From a virus: a stretch of 64,000 bases of DNA. A program made the translations under genes and the position numbers. Shown piece by piece: positions 9,137 through 16,870 of this stretch. The stretch's first letter is position 1. Every line of letters begins with the position of its first letter. The notes under the pieces are model-generated. The model made no database searches, had not been told where the DNA came from, and saw only the letters and a list, made by a program, of their open reading frames with translations. The stretch lies in the IMG/VR virus record IMGVR_UViG_3300022555_000046. One strand, written 5' to 3'.

Positions 9137-10459
9137 TTAAAGGGCATCTATCTGCGCCTTCATCTTCGCCTTGAGTTTACTTATCTCCTTCAAGGACTCA
9201 AAGTACAGGTCAAACAGATGATCCTGAAACAGACGGGTGCAATCATTGTATTCAGTAATGAGATGTTCCTGCTCTTCGATAATGATCTTGGCGATTTCCT
9301 CTACTGACTTCACATCAATTTTGGTTGATATCAGTATCTTCCCCTTCACCGCTTGCGCCCATGTGTCGGGCTTGGCAAAGGTAACGAACTTGATATCCGG
9401 TTCGCCCAGTCTTTTTAAATAAGGAGTTCCCCTGAGAAGGTTCAAAGCCTCGCACACTTTTTCCTTGATGGTGTCATCGGTGTGAACATTAGGATTAAAA
9501 GGCTCTTCCCCTCCGTCCATTCCCATTATCTTCACACTTTTATGGGTGACCTTTATTGCCTTAAGTAGGTTGAAAGGGACCATCAAGGACGATGCTTGAT
9601 CTTCCGGTGAAAATATGCCAGCGTGTTCCTCGGGCATTACCTTGACATCTTCCACTGCTGTTTTCCATGCCTCGGAGAACGTGGCGAACTCAAAATCCAA
9701 GCGATGTTCCAGATAGGCGGGATTCTTCATCCCGGCCATCAATAGCTTGATCATGTCTGGGTCCTTGCACTGTGCCCATCCCTTGGAGATGATCCATCTC
9801 ATACGCCAGTCCCCGACCAAAACACGGCTTTCGTTGATTGGGAATTCAGGGGCGTCATAGTTGAAAAGACTTTTCTGCTTGGGGTCGAAAAAGCAAAGAA
9901 TGCCTTTTCTGAAAAGTCTCAGGCCATCCATTGTCGCAGGGTAAATAGTGATTTCCTCATTCGACTCAAGGGCGTCCTTCCGGTTCATGGTAAAGTAGTT
10001 TCCCAGATTGGTGTAAAAGTCAGATGTCTGCTCATTGCACTCAATGAAGAACGAGGTGCATCCCGGGGTGGGACGTGCCAGATCAATGTTGTCAAGCGTG
10101 GCACCAGCATCTTCATCAAGGGCATTGCTGTAAATCTCCCTGATTGGGGCAAACATGTTATCCCAGTCGGCTCCTCCCATGTTTGTGGTCATGGATGTTT
10201 CTTTGCCGTTGATACAGATAACTTCAAAGGTTTCCCCCTTGAATACGGTGGGGGTGGTGGTAAACTTAATCTCTTCCTTCCCTGAAAATACACGGAAGGA
10301 CACGTTATTGCGGATCAGGCTGGCGATGGCGTATTTGTTACCAGAGCCATATTTGCCAATTTTAGGGCGATCATCGTCCTGTTTTACTGATGCTCCTATG
10401 AGCGAAAAGGCCAGCACGTCAATAAGGCCAGCGGATTTGATACGGATGAACTTTTTCAT
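9137..10459 (-). CDS. Circularly permuted GHKL-type ATPase with C-terminal zincin-like region
   Basis: IGASVK..IGKYGSGNKYA (G-boxes) precede IREIYSNALDE (N-box); C-terminal EEQEH..D..RLFQ; start ATG 10459. Confidence 0.7.
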   Translation of the reverse strand: MKKFIRIKSAGLIDVLAFSLIGASVKQDDDRPKIGKYGSGNKYAIASLIRNNVSFRVFSGKEEIKFTTTPTVFKGETFEVICINGKETSMTTNMGGADWDNMFAPIREIYSNALDEDAGATLDNIDLARPTPGCTSFFIECNEQTSDFYTNLGNYFTMNRKDALESNEEITIYPATMDGLRLFRKGILCFFDPKQKSLFNYDAPEFPINESRVLVGDWRMRWIISKGWAQCKDPDMIKLLMAGMKNPAYLEHRLDFEFATFSEAWKTAVEDVKVMPEEHAGIFSPEDQASSLMVPFNLLKAIKVTHKSVKIMGMDGGEEPFNPNVHTDDTIKEKVCEALNLLRGTPYLKRLGEPDIKFVTFAKPDTWAQAVKGKILISTKIDVKSVEEIAKIIIEEQEHLITEYNDCTRLFQDHLFDLYFESLKEISKLKAKMKAQIDAL

Positions 10460-10539
10460 TTTGTGGGTTTTTGGTGGATAAATTAATTTAGTCCCCGTCC
10501 CGCTCCGGTAGCAGGATAAGCGGATTCGGGGGCATTGCA

Positions 10540-10683
10540 TTACTGCTTGACTGGTCGAATGCTGTATGACTTGTTAAAACATTGTTTGGCGTACTGTTTG
10601 GCCTTCGCCTTACTTTCAAACATGCCAAAGTCAATCTCTTTGTACATGGCGTGAAAAATCAACCTGCATTTCTGTGCCTTCAT
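10540..10683 (-). CDS. Small hypothetical protein (47 aa)
   Basis: Manual translation MKAQKCRLIFHAMYKEIDFGMFESKAKAKQYAKQCFNKSYSIRPVKQ; start overlaps the upstream stop. Confidence 0.5.
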   Translation of the reverse strand: MKAQKCRLIFHAMYKEIDFGMFESKAKAKQYAKQCFNKSYSIRPVKQ

Positions 10684-11030
10684 TTAACGTCCTCCATTTT
10701 AGGGTGAATAATTTCAGATATAGCACAAAGTCCGTCTATTTTACGATACGACCAGATAGGTCCAGCCTTTGACCCTCCGGTAAGGATTCCAGATATCCCG
10801 ATTCCTTTTGTCTCTTCGGTTATATCCTTAATCTCTCCCCGGGTAGCAATAAGCATAGATGGGTTCATGTTGGTGTAAATGTTTGCGTCCGTTACCCCAG
10901 ACAATAAAAAGTCTGGGGATTCGTGAACAGAGTACTTTTCAAGAGCCTTAAAGTCATCCCAGTCAGTGACCGTGATAACGATGGCGAGGTGCCCGAATTT
11001 TCTGATAAATACGTTGTGCTGTGTAGACAT
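10680..11030 (-). CDS. Hypothetical protein
   Basis: 116-aa ORF preceded by AGGAGG. Confidence 0.6.
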   Translation of the reverse strand: MSTQHNVFIRKFGHLAIVITVTDWDDFKALEKYSVHESPDFLLSGVTDANIYTNMNPSMLIATRGEIKDITEETKGIGISGILTGGSKAGPIWSYRKIDGLCAISEIIHPKMEDVK

Positions 11031-11043
11031 TGCTTATCCTCCT

Positions 11044-11328
11044 TTAGTTTAAGAATACTTTTGTTTTGATCCAGCTCATTACCTGTCCAGCGTAATAGCT
11101 GGAAGTAAGATCATTCAGGAAGTCATCCAGTTTACGGAAAGCACCGCCATCCCGGGACGCAACCTCGAGACGTGTCCATTCTTTCGCATTGCTCTGGTTG
11201 CTGGACCGTCTTGATCCTACTTTGTAGTCCCATTGTTTGCCGATAACCTTTACGGTCTTGGCTGTTGTTTCAACTGTGATGATGCCGCCTTTGCAGTATT
11301 CACCGATCTTCCATGTTTTTGTTGCCAT
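11044..11328 (-). CDS. Hypothetical early protein
   Basis: 94-aa ORF with GGAG upstream. Confidence 0.65.
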   Translation of the reverse strand: MATKTWKIGEYCKGGIITVETTAKTVKVIGKQWDYKVGSRRSSNQSNAKEWTRLEVASRDGGAFRKLDDFLNDLTSSYYAGQVMSWIKTKVFLN

Positions 11329-11340
11329 TTTTTTGTCTCC

Positions 11341-11691
11341 TTATTTTGTGTGATAATTTTGGTGCTGATAAATAACGTTACTTTTATCTCTGGACTGTGT
11401 TATCTTAACAATACAGTGAGTGAGGATACCGCCACCGCCCATTGATCTTGCATTGTGGATCAGGAGAGGTATTTTTACCGTACCACAACTCCTGCCGATG
11501 GTCCCGGCTACATCGTAAATGTCTCCCCAGTCTTCCCCGGTCTCTACATTACCCCAGTGAAACCGGACCCGGGTGCGGTTGTTTTTGATGTTTTCAAGAA
11601 TGTGAATCATTTCATCCGACGTCTCCTCGTTGTAATATGTGTCAGACGATGATACCTTGTACGTTCTGCCGTTGTGTGTTTCTGTTTTCAT
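11341..11691 (-). CDS. Hypothetical phage early protein
   Basis: GRSCG..KIPLLI..RSMGGG.IL..CIVKI pattern. Confidence 0.7.
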   Translation of the reverse strand: MKTETHNGRTYKVSSSDTYYNEETSDEMIHILENIKNNRTRVRFHWGNVETGEDWGDIYDVAGTIGRSCGTVKIPLLIHNARSMGGGGILTHCIVKITQSRDKSNVIYQHQNYHTK

Positions 11692-11819
11692 TGCTTTGTG
11701 TATTAGGTTATTAATTACGTTAACTATGCCATTTGCCGTGGGTCCTTGATCCCGTTATCTGTTATCCTGTCGGATTCTTCTGACACTTCTCAGGCGTGGA
11801 AAATCTCCACGGCAATAGT

Positions 11820-11865
11820 GGGTGGCGGCTCGGGGACTCTCCGCTGTATTCCCATTCACCCGGGG
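11820..11865 (-). ncRNA. Structured RNA motif, copy 1 (candidate pseudoknot)
   Basis: Repeat with 13784-13830 showing compensatory changes in two helices. Confidence 0.55.
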
Positions 11866-11868
11866 TAA

Positions 11869-12096
11869 TTACGAAACCCTCAACTGTCCTGCGGTTCCGT
11901 TTGAATAATAAACCTTACCAGTCTGGATATCCAAAACCTGATAGTCGTAAAACTCTGGGGATACCTCCCCGTTCCAACTGGTCAGGTTAGAACCTGCACT
12001 GCAAGCATCATCCAGTCCTGTAAATGCAGCATGAAAATCCCTTACCCCTCCTGCGGGGTAATACTCGAACATGCAGAATAACCAATACCTCTTCAT
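11869..12096 (-). CDS. Hypothetical phage early protein
   Basis: MKRYWLF..YYPAGG..DF pattern. Confidence 0.65.
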   Translation of the reverse strand: MKRYWLFCMFEYYPAGGVRDFHAAFTGLDDACSAGSNLTSWNGEVSPEFYDYQVLDIQTGKVYYSNGTAGQLRVS

Positions 12097-12141
12097 GGTA
12101 CAAAGATTAGGTTATGTGGCAATATTGCCAATTGTTTTAGT

Positions 12142-12333
12142 TTATTCTTCCTGCTGGTCCAGCACATCGACTGGTGGCGTGTAATCCTTGAACCTCTTGG
12201 AGGACGTGTGAAACACGCTCCTTGTTGAGGGATCAAACAAACAGGACTCACCAACCCTGATGATCCTTCCGGTCTCAGCACATACGCTCTGCGCCTTACT
12301 GGGGACGATTCTGACTTCTTTCTTGATCTTCAT
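12142..12333 (-). CDS. Hypothetical early protein
   Basis: CAETG..I..GE.C.FDP pattern. Confidence 0.6.
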   Translation of the reverse strand: MKIKKEVRIVPSKAQSVCAETGRIIRVGESCLFDPSTRSVFHTSSKRFKDYTPPVDVLDQQEE

Positions 12334-12351
12334 AACTACTCTTTTAGGGGG

Positions 12352-12597
12352 TTAAAATAAAAATACGTGATACGATAAATTCTTGGTGGCTAATGAATAA
12401 TAGATGTTTGCGACAATTTTCTTGTCGTTCTGAAGGGATATCCCGATGGTGGGATTTTCTGGCTCATAGGGCACAATGTCGATGTATCTGGTGCCAAAGA
12501 ATACCGTTGTGGCTCCGATCTTCAACCAATCATTCTGAGACAGTCTTTTGGTGATGTATTCTGCCAATTGCTTTGATGTCCTTGGAGGATTTTTCAT
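12352..12597 (-). CDS. Hypothetical protein
   Basis: 81-aa ORF. Confidence 0.55.
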   Translation of the reverse strand: MKNPPRTSKQLAEYITKRLSQNDWLKIGATTVFFGTRYIDIVPYEPENPTIGISLQNDKKIVANIYYSLATKNLSYHVFLF

Positions 12598-12866
12598 TGC
12601 AGTAAAGATTTGAAACCAGTGTACACATTCTGTCTGTAAGCATTCGATGCATGGTCCAGCACTGAGGCGGTGAGGATCGAGGTAATAGAGCAGTTCCGTG
12701 CCTCGATTTCTGTCAATAATCCTTCAAAGGTGTGCCCTTTTTTAAGAGCGCAAAGAAGGTCCAGTCTTGATTTAATGGGGGCTGGATTCCATACCCCGGT
12801 GACCCTTGCTTGGATGTGGGCATCTGCGATGGCCTTCACATCCTTCTTGATTCTGTTTTTCGTCAT
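12594..12866 (-). CDS. Hypothetical protein
   Basis: Start ATG 12866 after AT-rich leader. Confidence 0.6.
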   Translation of the reverse strand: MTKNRIKKDVKAIADAHIQARVTGVWNPAPIKSRLDLLCALKKGHTFEGLLTEIEARNCSITSILTASVLDHASNAYRQNVYTGFKSLLQ

Positions 12867-12883
12867 TTTATCAGTATTAAGGT

Positions 12884-12936
12884 TTGTCCCGCCCCGGGTA
12901 TCGAACCCGGGCAATAGACCAGATCAGCGAGGGGGT
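12884..12936 (-). ncRNA. T-arm-like mini element
   Basis: CCCGGG-TTCGATA-CCCGGG T-loop-like hairpin followed by GCGGGAC; intergenic. Confidence 0.4.
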
Positions 12937-12938
12937 GA

Positions 12939-13409
12939 TCATTTTACCTGTATTGCAGGCACAACACTTACATTAACATATCCACGGCTGCGAAAACCAC
13001 CAGCCGCCTTTTCAGCATTAACAGCACTCTGGGACCATCCCAGAACGGATCGTTTTATGTTCTTAGCCGCCTTCTCGTACTCGTCAACGTGCTTATTTAT
13101 TGTTTCTTCAATATACGCTACCCTGTACGGGTTTTTGGCGATAAACTCATTGCCCTTGTCAATCGTTTCTTGATCGTAGCAACAATGGGATTTGGTCCAC
13201 TGGAATTGAATATCCACCACAGAGGCATTCGCACATTTGTTGTAATAATCCCAGTCTGACCCAAGTCTCTTGATACTGTCAGGAGACTGAGTCATCCTTA
13301 TGCTTTTCAGATAGTCCCACTCCCCGATAATGGCGTGGGTATACATTTTAGGGGAAGTCCTTTTTGCTCCCGGGACCTCTTTACAGGTGAAAACGTGTTT
13401 CTTTTCCAT
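12939..13409 (-). CDS. Hypothetical protein
   Basis: 156-aa ORF. Confidence 0.65.
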   Translation of the reverse strand: MEKKHVFTCKEVPGAKRTSPKMYTHAIIGEWDYLKSIRMTQSPDSIKRLGSDWDYYNKCANASVVDIQFQWTKSHCCYDQETIDKGNEFIAKNPYRVAYIEETINKHVDEYEKAAKNIKRSVLGWSQSAVNAEKAAGGFRSRGYVNVSVVPAIQVK

Positions 13410-13420
13410 TGTCTTCGTTA

Positions 13421-13504
13421 TTAATTATTGAATACCAGTACGATGATTGTCAGGAGGGTTCCAGCGATAAGCATAAGGATTCCCTCAGTGTGTTTGCCTC
13501 TCAT
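13421..13504 (-). CDS. 27-aa single-pass membrane peptide
   Basis: MRGKHTEGILMLIAGTLLTIIVLVFNN; start overlaps the upstream stop. Confidence 0.45.
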   Translation of the reverse strand: MRGKHTEGILMLIAGTLLTIIVLVFNN

Positions 13505-13740
13505 TATTTGATCGGCTTAAAAGTGTCGGTGATGATGTACATGTGTCCGGTCCCTTCCGCTCTTCCTACGAGATTGAACCCGAGGTGGAACAGGTAGTTT
13601 TCGGCATCTTCCAGTCCGGTTTCACCGTCACGGGCGATCCTTACTGATTGTTTGAAACGCTCAGAGGTGATAATTACTCTTGCTGGCAGGTGTTCCGTTG
13701 CTCCAACGGTTCTGACCTTGATAATGTTGAAATTTGGCAT
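13504..13740 (-). CDS. Hypothetical early protein
   Basis: IKVRTVGAT..PARV.ITSERF pattern. Confidence 0.65.
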   Translation of the reverse strand: MPNFNIIKVRTVGATEHLPARVIITSERFKQSVRIARDGETGLEDAENYLFHLGFNLVGRAEGTGHMYIITDTFKPIK

Positions 13741-13783
13741 GGTTTTGGGTTTTTGAGGTTTGTATTAAGTTGATTAACGTGGT

Positions 13784-13830
13784 GGGCGGTGGATCGGGGA
13801 CTCTCCACTTGCATTCCCGTTCGCCCGGGG
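13784..13830 (-). ncRNA. Structured RNA motif, copy 2 (candidate pseudoknot)
   Basis: Covarying repeat of 11820-11865. Confidence 0.55.
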
Positions 13831-13837
13831 TGATTGG

Positions 13838-14035
13838 CTATCCTTTAGGATACCCAGTGCCATACTTGTAGTCATTGTTATGCAGCGAAGTGATAAATTT
13901 ATCATTCGCCTTCTTGCTTTTAAAGATCGCAATACCAAAAAAGGGCGATCCGTCCCGGTGTGTTGCTACGCCATCATGGGAGTTAACCACGTATTTGGAG
14001 CGGCCTACATGCATCATCGTGTTGTACAGTTTCAT
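13838..14035 (-). CDS. Hypothetical phage early protein
   Basis: VGRSKYVVNSHDGV.TH.DGS.FF.I.IF pattern. Confidence 0.65.
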   Translation of the reverse strand: MKLYNTMMHVGRSKYVVNSHDGVATHRDGSPFFGIAIFKSKKANDKFITSLHNNDYKYGTGYPKG

Positions 14036-14049
14036 TGTTTATCCTCCTT

Positions 14050-14361
14050 TTAAATGAATTGATACCATGTTTCAACTGTTGATACCAGTACACATTCCTG
14101 ATTGAAGGTGTCCCGAAACCTTTCTGCTATTTCCTTGGCGGTCAGGCCAGTGATGGCCTTATCCATGTTGATAAAGGAAACAACCAGTGATACTTCCTGA
14201 ACTTGTTTCCAGTATCCGATCTGTTCTGACACTGAGAATGCGTGTATTTCGTATTCTGCAAGCATCTTCGCAATTGTTACCTTGGCGGCATCTTTAGCTA
14301 TTGCATCGCCTTCTTTGGTTGTCATCCCGACAAACCAGTTGTATTGAATCGCTTTCTTCAT
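14050..14361 (-). CDS. SAM lyase (T3 SAMase)-like / DUF3574-like protein, first gene of leftward early transcript
   Basis: GYWKQVQEVSLVV..AKEIAERFRDTFNQECVLV matches the G-x-[YW]..E-x-[ST]..Q-[DE]-C-V-L pattern I recall for phage SAM lyases. Confidence 0.6.
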   Translation of the reverse strand: MKKAIQYNWFVGMTTKEGDAIAKDAAKVTIAKMLAEYEIHAFSVSEQIGYWKQVQEVSLVVSFINMDKAITGLTAKEIAERFRDTFNQECVLVSTVETWYQFI

Positions 14362-14391
14362 TGTGTGTGGGTTTTAAGGGTTAATACTTGT

Positions 14392-14461
14392 ACCTATCTG
14401 CTGGAATCGAACCAGCATCCCCGGGGCAAACCCCGGTGTAATACCGTTATACTAAGAAGGT
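14392..14461 (-). tRNA. Degenerate tRNA-like element (not a canonical tRNA)
   Basis: TAGTATAACGGTATTAC D-arm and GCTGG-TTCGATT-CCAGC T-arm; anticodon arm one nt short, acceptor stem bulged, no encoded CCA. Confidence 0.5.
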
Positions 14462-14938
14462 CTTCGCAGGATCATTGAAACGGGCACCCAACATACGGGT
14501 GATCCTAATCAGTAAGACAACCACCGGACCAACGTGGAACGGTTAATTTAAGCGGAAACGCTTGTGCCCTCTGCATCATCTGCGGTGGGCTGGAGGCGAA
14601 TGTCAGGAGTAATGCTGACTTCCGATTATAGTGTCACTTAATATGATCAAGTGAACCTGCTACCCTTTATTCTCTGGTGTGAGTCCCCGACTTCACTCAT
14701 GGTTACTGTTTCTGGATCATTGCACTGACTCACGTCTGGACACCTGCTGATTCACATCAGGGGGCTTGATCTGGGTTTTCTTGATCCCAGTGTACCGTTG
14801 TGACCGTTGTTACTGGGGTGTCAATCTTTCACCGTGGGAAGGAGGATTTCAGGAAGTCAAAGAACTTAAAGTGGGATCATTCTAAATCACGGGACGAATC
14901 CCGGGGGTCAAATGGTGACGCAGTAAATAAAGAACGAT
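14462..14938 (-). ncRNA. Long structured 5' leader / candidate ncRNA
   Basis: ORF-free ~480 nt after promoter; UUCG and GNRA-capped hairpins; boxA-like GTTCTTTGAC at 14856-14865. Confidence 0.5.
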
Positions 14939-14942
14939 GCGG

Positions 14943-14973
14943 CAAAAATAATATGAATAGAGACGCTTGTCAA
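14943..14973 (-). promoter_or_regulatory. Bacteroidota-type promoter for leftward early genes
   Basis: TTGACA (14973-14968)-N17-TATTTTTG (14950-14943). Confidence 0.75.
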
Positions 14974-15151
14974 GCATTATCTTTTATTCTGATTCTAAAT
15001 AAGGAAATACCATGTCAGGAACTGTCAGTAAATACTACGATATGTCATCTAATTTAGAATGATAATAAATTTCATACACGACAAAAACAATTATTGTGGC
15101 ACAGTAGTTGTGTAGGTGTGTGAAATAGATGAAAAATATCTCTGGAAACCC

Positions 15152-15182
15152 TTGACAATACTGGTATAATGTTGTATATTTA
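15152..15182 (+). promoter_or_regulatory. Putative promoter
   Basis: TTGACA-N17-TATATTTA. Confidence 0.5.
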
Positions 15183-15272
15183 CAGTCTTATATGGACACA
15201 GTCTACGGTCAAATAGACCCTTTTCGACCCCTGTCCGTTGTAAGGGCGAAAACCTAACAAATTGAGTGTTTT

Positions 15273-15482
15273 ATGTTCATTGAAGGACTGATTGATATAG
15301 AATGGCTGAAATCCGCTGGTATCGTGCGTTTCGAGGATGAGCCAGAACCAGTGCTTAAGATTAGATCACTGATTTACAAGGCTGATCAACTACGCTGGAT
15401 TGACTGGGACAATGCAAGGGACGTACAGGAGGCAAGAAACATCATGGAAAGCAGTGGAGTAGCTTACAGGAGTAGGGGTTGA
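15273..15482 (+). CDS. Hypothetical protein
   Basis: 69-aa ORF downstream of promoter. Confidence 0.5.
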   Translation: MFIEGLIDIEWLKSAGIVRFEDEPEPVLKIRSLIYKADQLRWIDWDNARDVQEARNIMESSGVAYRSRG

Positions 15483-15507
15483 TGGCTATTGGTGATAGTT
15501 AAGCGAT

Positions 15508-15954
15508 TCATACCTGTTGAGCAGGTTTCTTGAGTTTACGCTGTCGTTTATAAGGTAACATCTCATACCCTTGCATTCTTCCCCGTATACGATCCATTCT
15601 CCGATCGAAGGCGGTCCAGAAGGCGTTCATCCAGTTGTTACCCTCGTGAGTCCATCTATATTGACCTTTGTCCAGATCATTGCTCTTTGTATAGGTTTCC
15701 AGATATCCCCGCTCCTTCAGGTCCTTTAATCCACGCTGGAGGACTGCCCTACAAAAGAAGGTTGAGTAATCAAGGTAGTAGGGACGAAACGCCCGGGCAC
15801 CTGATCCGGTCCCTAACCACTTCAAAACAACTCCTACCTTAAGAACCTCGGGATTCATTCCAGTCTTCCCCTTCCATTGCTCAGTATTCAGCAGGTATAG
15901 TTCATATCCTACAAACGTGTACCACAATGCATCCTGTTGTGAGATATATCCCAT
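15508..15954 (-). CDS. Possible winged-helix DNA-binding protein
   Basis: LKDLKERGYLETY wHTH-like segment; -7 box TATCTTTG at 15994-16001. Confidence 0.5.
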   Translation of the reverse strand: MGYISQQDALWYTFVGYELYLLNTEQWKGKTGMNPEVLKVGVVLKWLGTGSGARAFRPYYLDYSTFFCRAVLQRGLKDLKERGYLETYTKSNDLDKGQYRWTHEGNNWMNAFWTAFDRRMDRIRGRMQGYEMLPYKRQRKLKKPAQQV

Positions 15955-16188
15955 GACTCAATCGCTTAAATGCCACTCATGTATTTGTTGAGGCAAAGAT
16001 ACTCATTTCATTGATTGAGAGACATAACCGGGGAAGAGCAGGTGAACTTTTCTGTGTAAATCTCAGAAAACACTGGAAATCAGCGGCTAATGAGCATCTT
16101 TTACCCCTGTTTTACCCTTCTTACACCTTGATTTACAGGTATAACATAACACTTCAATTGATATATGTCAATATACAGCCATCTTATG

Positions 16189-16216
16189 TCGTCTGATAAT
16201 TAATATTATGTTAAAT
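16189..16216 (+). other. dif-like XerC/XerD recombination site
   Basis: TCGTCTGATAA-TTAATA-TTATGTTAAAT; XerD arm identical to E. coli dif, 6-bp spacer, XerC arm ends in ATAA. Confidence 0.7.
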
Positions 16217-16504
16217 AGTATTTGGAATGCCACATTCTGTAAGGGTTACAGCCCCTCCCCTACCCTACCGATGTCAAGGCAATAAACAGCATCTGGGAGG
16301 AAAATGGTGATGTTTATGTGCTTGATCTTGTCATCCAGAGCAGGAAGAAACTGAGTTGAAGAAACCCTTCATATGATCTCTGTAACTTACTGGACCAGAG
16401 GTGGGTGGGGGTCGGGAAATCGAGTTTCGGTTTGGGATGGCACCCCCCGGGCAACGTCACAGTGACTCCCCAAACATATCCAAACACCCCACCAATATCA
16501 GCGA

Positions 16505-16575
16505 CACCTTTTTATATATTTCTATTACTGTTTCTATTTCCATATGGGGGACCATATGGCTCTCCATATGGGGAA
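16505..16575 (-). repeat. Iteron-like 3x CATATG (12-bp period), copy A
   Basis: CATATG at 16541, 16553, 16565 plus AT-rich flank; inverted copy of 22017-22080. Confidence 0.6.
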
Positions 16576-16858
16576 TGTATTTTCTATTGTATTGATAATC
16601 AATGGTAAAGTGCCAACCCTTCACCGCATGGAGAAAAGTTGTTTAGCTGTTTCAAACAACCAGACAACCCAGAAGGTGCTGGTAGTGAAACAGATAGCCG
16701 GGATGTCAACGAAATCCATTGCGTGAACATGATCATTTTCCCGGGATCAGGAAAATGATAACGAGTGTAAGTGCTTGATCTATAACTGTAAAATGCCATC
16801 TCTCCACCGTGTGGATAATTTATTTTCGATCTCGTGTCGGATGTACATATATTGTACG

Positions 16859-16866
16859 TATATTTG
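16859..16866 (+). promoter_or_regulatory. Promoter -7 box for rightward middle genes
   Basis: TATATTTG; -33 region divergent. Confidence 0.5.
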
Positions 16867-16870
16867 CATT

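Noticed and set aside
11820-11865. HDV-like/theta ribozyme or cobalamin riboswitch identity for the repeated motif
   Set aside because: No P1.1 GG, P4 or J4/2 after P1; no B12-box or P3/P6 arms; only short GGGAA and GCCRCC similarities.
14392-14461. Functional tRNA-Gln(TTG)
   Set aside because: Anticodon loop one nt short and G/C-closed, acceptor bulge, no CCA; kept only as tRNA-like.
14681-14690. GAGTCCCCGA as a third motif copy
   Set aside because: Opposite orientation and lacks both flanking helices.
14462-14938. tmRNA, RNase P RNA, group I/II intron or hammerhead identity for the leader
   Set aside because: Their conserved signature sequences were not found by eye; an Rfam search is still needed.
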